Source: a virus
Lineage: Duplodnaviria > Caudoviricetes
Direction: 5' to 3' (one strand)
Length of the DNA: 64,000 bases
IMG/VR virus record: IMGVR_UViG_3300024259_001623
The notes under the pieces are model-generated. The model was not told the origin of the DNA, did not search any database, and saw only the letters and a list, made by a program, of their open reading frames with translations. This document shows, piece after piece, positions 57,031 through 64,000 of the stretch; position 1 is the stretch's first letter; every line of letters begins with the position of its first letter. A program made the translations under genes and the position numbers.

Positions 57031-57675
57031 TTACTCTAAATTATATATGTATTGCAGAGCGTAGTATATATCAACAGCAAAATTCACAGGTACATACTCA
57101 GGCTTATCGCTTTTATCAGTTTTTTCTAACGACATAATAACAACAGAATTATTGTCATATACTTGCAGGAATAATCTGTTTAAAAATGAGCCTGGAGTAA
57201 TAACGCTGATTTTCTTATAATCTTGCCCTTCTACTTTTTTAATAAAAGGAATATATGCCTCAATACCTCTTTGAACTTCAAGAGATTCTTGTTTATTCAA
57301 ACATACGGCAAGAAGAACTTGAAACTCTGGTGTGTATGTATCATCTTTGATAATAACAGACCCATCAAAAACTACACCTTTAGTATGCTCAAAAACATAA
57401 GTCTCCATAATATCTAACCACTTGAACATATTATTAGAAGTTTCCAAATCATGCCAATTGACCTCCATAATCTTCTCGGGAACAATATCATCAGATAAGA
57501 TTTCAGAGACTCTTCTATTACTGTTTTTTTGTCCCAAAGCGACCATGACTTTAAAAGCTTCTTCCATTTCTCTCTTGAGAACTAGATATCTATCTGTAGC
57601 TTCTTCAAATTTCGTTTTGGGCGTAATTCTTCTTTCTATTCCCCTTCCCACTGTCAATCTCCTTTCTGGTGCCAT
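57031..57675 (-). CDS. hypothetical protein, paralog of 57684-58412
   Basis: LN..ESLE.Q...PFI, Y..AL.YIY shared. Confidence 0.6.
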   Translation of the reverse strand: MAPERRLTVGRGIERRITPKTKFEEATDRYLVLKREMEEAFKVMVALGQKNSNRRVSEILSDDIVPEKIMEVNWHDLETSNNMFKWLDIMETYVFEHTKGVVFDGSVIIKDDTYTPEFQVLLAVCLNKQESLEVQRGIEAYIPFIKKVEGQDYKKISVITPGSFLNRLFLQVYDNNSVVIMSLEKTDKSDKPEYVPVNFAVDIYYALQYIYNLE

Positions 57676-57683
57676 TATATCTC

Positions 57684-58412
57684 CTAATAGCTCTCGCCTA
57701 GTTTTATATATGGATGTTTTTCATATATGTATACCAAAGCTTCTTCCATATCTGAAAAAGATTTTATCTTACTAGTATGACCCCAAGCAGTTTTGAATAT
57801 AGCAACTTCGTCATCATACGCTCTCATAAAGTATACTCCATCCTTGCTGCAAGTATGTTCAAAAATACCTATATATTTAAAATCTCTGTTATCATTATAC
57901 ACATTACAATTATCTACATCATCTGTATATTTTTTCGATTTTTCATCAGCAGTTTTTTTTCTTATGTATGGAAACAACTTTAACATATCTTTTTGATCTT
58001 CCAAAGAATCATTCTGATTTAAAGCTATATCGCAAAAAAATTGTATAAAAACAATTTCTCCACCTTCATAAAAAAGACTTTGACCTGCCAAATGTAAACC
58101 TTTTAGATTATCAAAAAATCTAGTAATCTTTTTATATAATTCATCTGATTTCTTTTTTCCCATTAAATGTAAAAAAGTTCTATCAAACTTCATAACATTT
58201 TCAGCAGACAATCCATCTTTAAAGTACTCTTCTACTTTTTTATTATAGAACACAGACTGCAATCGTCTAATTCTGTTATGAGCTTTCTCAGCTTCTTTTT
58301 GATGCTTCGCTCTCTGCTCATCTAGTTCTTCCATTCTATCTAATTGTTTTTGAGCCATGTCCCAATGGAAACTCTCTTTTTGTTCAAGCTCTTTTATTTT
58401 CTTAGATTTCAT
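57684..58412 (-). CDS. hypothetical protein, paralog of 57031-57675
   Basis: LNQNDSLEDQ..LFPYI, EAL.YIY. Confidence 0.6.
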   Translation of the reverse strand: MKSKKIKELEQKESFHWDMAQKQLDRMEELDEQRAKHQKEAEKAHNRIRRLQSVFYNKKVEEYFKDGLSAENVMKFDRTFLHLMGKKKSDELYKKITRFFDNLKGLHLAGQSLFYEGGEIVFIQFFCDIALNQNDSLEDQKDMLKLFPYIRKKTADEKSKKYTDDVDNCNVYNDNRDFKYIGIFEHTCSKDGVYFMRAYDDEVAIFKTAWGHTSKIKSFSDMEEALVYIYEKHPYIKLGESY

Positions 58413-59162
58413 AATTTTTCTTCCTTATAACGCTTGAGCTTTAAAAGCATCACAGGTACCATTTTCAAATGCGATTTTCCCTCGTCTTATCTTACAGATA
58501 TGTTCCCCATCAACCGTTTTTACATAATGACAATTTTTGCAAACCTTGAATAAACTAAATTCCTCATATGTAGAATTAGCCTCATATATAAGAGACTCTG
58601 CCATACTTGCGATAGAATCTTTTCCGAGTCCGGGTTCTTGTAAATAACTATCCCTATTAGGATGAAGACATATCTTTCCCCGTAATTGTTCCAAAAGCTT
58701 TTCTATAGAATGACAATCTGTACAATAATAATAACCAAGGTCGTCGCTATCAGTTGTTTTCCTTTCAAATGCAACATTACAGTTATCGCAATTATGTTTT
58801 TCCATCGTTATCTCTCCAAGTAGCTTCTATTTTCAGCACTGGCATCTTATACCATTTTTCGGCGCCACACAACTCTATCAATTTTCTTTCTAACTCTTCC
58901 ATTTGAGGCTCAATAGAGTAATCACCGCCCAAATAATTCAATGTTGATTCATAGAATTCAACTTCATCCCATACATGTTGGAATAACGTTCTTATATTCA
59001 TATCTCTATATGAGATTACTTTTGGTTTTGGATCAAAAACTATTCTTTTTGACAACTCCATCCACTCAGACTTATTATAACCTGGTTCTCCTACGGCTTT
59101 AGTCCATAGTTGATGAAAAAGTTGATGAGTAGTTTGCTTGTCTGTAGTTTCCATTTTATATC

Positions 59163-59591
59163 CTAATCAATACTGTATTTTTCTACAACATCCATTACCT
59201 TATCAGTTCTATTACTGATCCAAGTTTGAGTAACTTCCATATTCTCTACCATAAGTTCCGGCGTCTTTCCCAATAACACATGATAATACTTGCTAGAAAC
59301 GACTTTCAAAATACCTTCTAATTCTTCTTCTGAGAAATTCTTAGCATAAGAAGCTGAATAAATTTCCATAAGTTCATCAACCTCCATAGCATCCATTACT
59401 TCATCCATAATTTCATCGACGGGCTTAGAGAATTCTGGTGCGACATCTTCTATCCCTGCTTTTTCAAGCATACCAGATAGATTAGAGAACATTGCTTTTA
59501 TTACCTGCCTTGTCGTTTCTTTACAATTCATTGCGGATACAACTTGCATTGCCAGCTTGTCTTTGTTGTCCATTTTAATATCCTTCCTCAA
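59163..59591 (-). CDS. DUF2059-like protein
   Basis: Y..NFSEEEL..IL....S...K.PEL pattern. Confidence 0.6.
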   Translation of the reverse strand: MRKDIKMDNKDKLAMQVVSAMNCKETTRQVIKAMFSNLSGMLEKAGIEDVAPEFSKPVDEIMDEVMDAMEVDELMEIYSASYAKNFSEEELEGILKVVSSKYYHVLLGKTPELMVENMEVTQTWISNRTDKVMDVVEKYSID

Positions 59592-59909
59592 TAAATAGTT
59601 TTTACAATCCTAAGTCTTCCATTAATTCAGCCAATTTTTCAGAAACAATTTCTCCCTTATTAAAAGCCAATGTTTGAAGGTCATTTGACCAATCTTCCAA
59701 TTCAGCAACAGTATCAACTTTTTTTGATTTTAACAGAGCTAATTGGCACTCTTTAAGTTGTTCTTGCAACGCCCGTATTACTTCATCAAATTTTTCTGAA
59801 AATGAATCATCATATTTAGGCTTACACCTTCTCATTTCTTTTATATTATCATTATTAGATTTTATTATCTGTTTTAATACTTTTATGCCATCTTCTTTGA
59901 TTGACATTT

Positions 59910-60590
59910 TCATTCTCCCAGCATATCAAAAATCTCTATATTTCTCTGTGCCATCTTCGAGATAATTGAATTTCTTCTGCGGAGAAGTTCTTTTATTGCA
60001 AACTTTCTCGACTTGAAAAGGTCACAAGTATTAGCTCGTATATCTGGAGCATCACTATGTCTTACAAAAACTCTTGTATTAAAAGTAAGTTTATTACCAG
60101 AATCAGTAAAATAGGCAGTATGATCTATCTTAGCTGTTATTGCTATAACATCATCATTTGATATATGATAGTAATAACCGTCGTAGCATATAAGGCTACC
60201 GTCATTCGTTTTGCCGCAGTCACATGACCAGAATAAATCCAAAAACTTTGACATTTTATTTTCTAATGACAAAAAATCAACAATGAATGCTATAAAAGGT
60301 CTTTGTTCTGATTCATATCCTCCCAGGAAAGTCGCTAAATCCTCTTTGAGATGTTTAAACATTGTACTTGGAGCATATATAAACTTATCATATAACATTT
60401 TTTGTAGAATTTCGATTAAACCAAATCTGTTAGGATGTTTTTCTTTAAGCCAATTTAAATCTTCAACTAAAAAAGTCTTGGCAGAATAAGTCAGATTTTC
60501 TAATTTGTTCCCTAAAACCATACCGTTAACAGAATAAAAATAATCTGTTTTTATTTCTTTAATGATTTCTTGTATCTCTGTATCGGACAT
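59910..60590 (-). CDS. hypothetical protein
   Basis: 226 aa, GGAG RBS. Confidence 0.6.
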   Translation of the reverse strand: MSDTEIQEIIKEIKTDYFYSVNGMVLGNKLENLTYSAKTFLVEDLNWLKEKHPNRFGLIEILQKMLYDKFIYAPSTMFKHLKEDLATFLGGYESEQRPFIAFIVDFLSLENKMSKFLDLFWSCDCGKTNDGSLICYDGYYYHISNDDVIAITAKIDHTAYFTDSGNKLTFNTRVFVRHSDAPDIRANTCDLFKSRKFAIKELLRRRNSIISKMAQRNIEIFDMLGE

Positions 60591-60934
60591 GTAATTTTAC
60601 TCCCTATAATTATAGTTTAATCTCTTCCACAATTGTTCCTCTAGGAACATGTAGCTCTACCTTTTCCAAATATTTGCAGTGACGATCCTCACTTCTCCGA
60701 TACCAATCAGACCATTTATGATATCTGTTCAGTCGTCCTGCATAACCTTATCTACGGTCATATCGTACTCATATCTATTCACCATCTTTTCCACTGCCTG
60801 GTCAGGGACTTCTTCCCTTTAGCCTACTAGGCATAATTTTTGCCCACTACGCAGGGAGATAATTTATTCAAATACAAATATTATATATTTAATCCACTTT
60901 CATGAAAATTATGGAAGGATAATAAAATAATTAG

Positions 60935-62077
60935 TTGAATAACACTAATACACAACTTTATATCTCTAATAATAGGATTTTACAAATGAAAATTACTTAT
61001 GAATATCTTTATAAAGAATATATAATAAAAAGAAAAAGCATGACACAAATAGCAAAAGAAAATAATTGTGCATATAGCAGCATAAACAGATACCTAAAAT
61101 TATATAATATCAAATCAAGAACCAATGGCGAAATCAAAATAAAAGATATTTCAGGTAAAAAATTTGGACAATTAACAGCAATATCTTTAGATAAATCTAA
61201 AAAAAATAAAAAAGGCTGGATACTTCCAAGATGGCTTTGTCTTTGTAATTGCGGCAATACATATAAAGTCTATTATAATCATTTACGCGATGGCACCACC
61301 ACCAGATGCTTACAATGCACTCACAAATCACAAGAAAATAAAGAAGAATTTTCTAATTTATTTTGGAGACAAATTGTTAAAGAGGCAAAAAAAAGAAACA
61401 TCAACATCTCAATAAAAAAAACTGACGCTTATAATGTTCTTATAAAACAAAATAAAAAATGTATATTAAGTAACATACCTTTATATATGAGTAATAGCGT
61501 CAGAAATCATAATAAAACAACGGCCTCTTTAGATAGAATAAACTCTAATAAAGGCTATACAATAGACAACATACAATGGGTCCACAAACATATAAACATA
61601 ATGAAACATAATTACGATTTAGAATATTTTTTATTTTTATGTTTATGCATCAACAAAGATTTTTGTCTTCCAAAATTCGATATCAATAGTTACAAACTTT
61701 TACCCTACTATTATAATATGATACAACGCAGAGCCAAAACAAAAAAAAGGCAATTTAATATAAAACGTGAAGAATGTTATCGGCTTCTGGAAGAACAAAA
61801 CTTTAAATGTAAAATCAGTCAACTTCCAATATTTTTCACTTCTAGCTATAAACATCAACATGGTCAGAAATCTACTGCTTCCTTAGACAGAATAGATTCT
61901 TGCAAAGGTTATACAACAGATAATATACAATGGGTACATAAACATGTTAATATGATGAAAAATAATTATGATTTAAAATATTTTACTAATATTTGTGAAC
62001 AAATATCCCACAATATACCGAAAAAAGAAAAAAATAATATTTTTAATTTTCAACTAAATCAGAAACTCTTTTTGTAA
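60935..62077 (+). mobile_element. free-standing endonuclease with two tandem His-Cys/HNH-like modules
   Basis: HTH N-terminus, WLCLCNCG, and TASLDRI.S.KGYT.DNIQWVHKH.N.MK twice; opposite strand. Confidence 0.85.
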
Positions 62078-62534
62078 AAGCATCATCTGTTTCATTATTA
62101 TTTTTATAAAGATATCTATCTATCATCCTTTTGATAGCATGATCTGGAACTCCATGCGTATTCCTTCCCTTCAAAAAATCCATATTCCATTTACCTTCTT
62201 CATCTTTCAAATCAGGACTCCAATCAGGTTCTATGTAAGATATATTATATCCAAAAGTTTTTCCTAACTTCAAATAACTATAAATTTCCCAAGCCTGAGT
62301 ATTTGTATTATCAACAACAATCAGAGGATATCCCTTACTCATCGCTGTTGCCGCTCTATCTTGATTCCACTTATGAGCTTGTCCTAACTTAGACGGATCG
62401 AACTTATACATGCCGCCCTGCTCAAAAAATTCATCAGAAGACAAAATCATACCTTGACTCCCAGCTACTTCTTTAGCCTTGGTAGACTTACCTGAACCAC
62501 TAACTCCCCGCATTATAATTAAACGTTTTTCCAT
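62043..62534 (-). CDS. P-loop kinase (AAA_33, polynucleotide-kinase/N4BP2-like)
   Basis: IIMRGVSGSGKST, SSD.FF, AH.W, VVDNTN, RN.HGVP...I.RM. Confidence 0.8.
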   Translation of the reverse strand: MEKRLIIMRGVSGSGKSTKAKEVAGSQGMILSSDEFFEQGGMYKFDPSKLGQAHKWNQDRAATAMSKGYPLIVVDNTNTQAWEIYSYLKLGKTFGYNISYIEPDWSPDLKDEEGKWNMDFLKGRNTHGVPDHAIKRMIDRYLYKNNNETDDAFTKRVSDLVEN

Positions 62535-63297
62535 TTCTTCTCCTATTCTTAATATACAACCCTAGATGAAGATATGATATCTAAGATCGCCATATATCCA
62601 TCGTCAACTTGATAAATTTTTAAATCTGCATTTGAAATGCATGATACTCTGCTAGGTTTCTTATCCTCTTTAGGAATATCAACTTCATAACTAGCAGTAA
62701 CCCTAATAGTAAACAGATCGAAACCTTTCGACTTAGCAAACTTCTTTATAGACTTCAATACAATTTCTAAAAAATCAGAACTAGAATCATATATGTCTGG
62801 AAGAAATGCTGTTACTTCACCGCCTACTGTCTCATATACTAACTTCGATGCCATTTCGACTCCCTATATATCCAAAAACTTGAAACTTTTCGACTTCTTT
62901 TCTATAACCTTTACTGGTTTTTTCTTTACTGGTTTTTTCTTTACTGGTTTTACCGGCTTATTTGGATAAGCCGAGTCTTCCCATTTATCCCAAGAACTAT
63001 TTGGATATGGTTTCGCACTATTCATATCTCCATACATACTTTTGTTTGGATTAACCACCAGATTATCTTGAGAATACGAAACAAAACCACATTTTCTACA
63101 AATGACTAAAGACTGTTTTGGTTCACTACCACATTTCCCTTCAGACAATTTATAATCGCCTGGCGATTTACAATTATAACAAGGCACACTATAAGCAAAC
63201 AAATACTTTAAAAATGCTTTATTATTCTTGTTATATTGTTTTGTATCTAAAGGCTTAAAATCATACTGTATTAGCTTCATGTGGCTATCCTAAATTT

Positions 63298-63906
63298 TTA
63301 CTTGATGAATTTGAAACTAATGCAATTGATCCCAGCATCTTGCATTTCTCTAATAGCATTTGCAGTACCAAACGCTTCAGCGTTAACTCCACGACAAGCA
63401 TCAGTTAAAACAAACGTTTTGAAGCCTTCCTTAACTGCATCCAAAGCAGTAAACTTAACGCAATAATCAGTAGCAAGACCACAGATATATACATCTGTTA
63501 CTCCCATTCCATGCAAGAATTCAGCGAGACCAGTAGGGTTCTTTCCATTGTTATCACAGAAACCGCTATAGCTGTCCACAGAAGCGTCCAGACCCTTCTG
63601 GAATACAGCCACGCCGTCGAGGTCCAAATCCTTGTGGAAATAGGCTCCTGGGCTATCCTGGACGCAATGATCAGGCCACATGATCTGAGGTTGTCCAGAC
63701 AATTCTCCCATCTCATAAGGATTAGCTCCATTATTAGAAGCAAAACTTCCATGATTCTGAGGATGCCAATCTTGAGTAGCAGTAACAAAATCGAACTCAT
63801 CAATAATGCTATTGATGATTGGGACAATCTCATCTCCACCTGTAACTGCCAAAAACCCGCCCGGACAAAAATCATTCTGCACATCAACAATAACCAAAGC
63901 CTTCAT
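63298..63906 (-). CDS. pncA: nicotinamidase/pyrazinamidase
   Basis: ALVIVDVQNDF.PGG.LAV, TQDWHP..H.SF, WPDHCVQ, KG, SYSGF, GLATDYCV. Confidence 0.95.
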   Translation of the reverse strand: MKALVIVDVQNDFCPGGFLAVTGGDEIVPIINSIIDEFDFVTATQDWHPQNHGSFASNNGANPYEMGELSGQPQIMWPDHCVQDSPGAYFHKDLDLDGVAVFQKGLDASVDSYSGFCDNNGKNPTGLAEFLHGMGVTDVYICGLATDYCVKFTALDAVKEGFKTFVLTDACRGVNAEAFGTANAIREMQDAGINCISFKFIK

Positions 63907-64000
63907 TACGATCTCCTTAAATAATTATTTATACAAAAACTCTACGACATTACAGGGAAAAATTATACCACTTTCTTTGCCACTTCCAACTTTATTATGC

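Noticed and set aside
60610-60790. Small gene related to the C-terminus of 54718-55239 (ELHVPRGTIV vs DIYVPKGTVI)
   Set aside because: The frame is under 50 codons with an in-frame stop upstream and no start; at most a remnant, and the similarity is too short to support.
943-63924. Plus-strand ORFs in the track other than 29272-30039 and 60935-62077
   Set aside because: They are antisense shadows of well-supported minus-strand genes or RNAs, with low-complexity F/I/L/S composition and no motifs.

Overview
AT-rich accessory and tRNA region of what is most likely a very large (jumbo-type) bacteriophage genome. It is densely packed with small genes, almost all on the minus strand; the only convincing plus-strand genes are two HNH endonucleases. 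No virion or core replication genes are visible. About 25 canonical tRNA genes are present, none with an encoded CCA. The standout is an RNA-centred module. A Ro60/TROVE gene (12426-14096) sits directly downstream of an array of seven Y-RNA-like genes under one sigma70-type promoter; three carry a YrlA-type permuted tRNA module and four are minimal. Roughly a dozen tRNA-shaped genes keep acceptor, D and T arms, but their anticodon or variable arms are replaced by large insertions. An HNH-fused RNA ligase gene is fractured by a naturally split intein around a free-standing Vsr-like endonuclease. Other content includes a 12-copy paralog family (MC[LC]...GIHV), tRNA-associated homing endonucleases with RBS-hiding hairpins and broken tRNA halves, a phage sigma factor with a candidate promoter motif, an HD hydrolase, a macrodomain, nicotinamidase, a MoxR-AAA/VWA pair, a RadA-like ATPase, a pseudopilin and a repeat-tailed helicase. 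All calls come from reading the sequence by eye; no searches were run.
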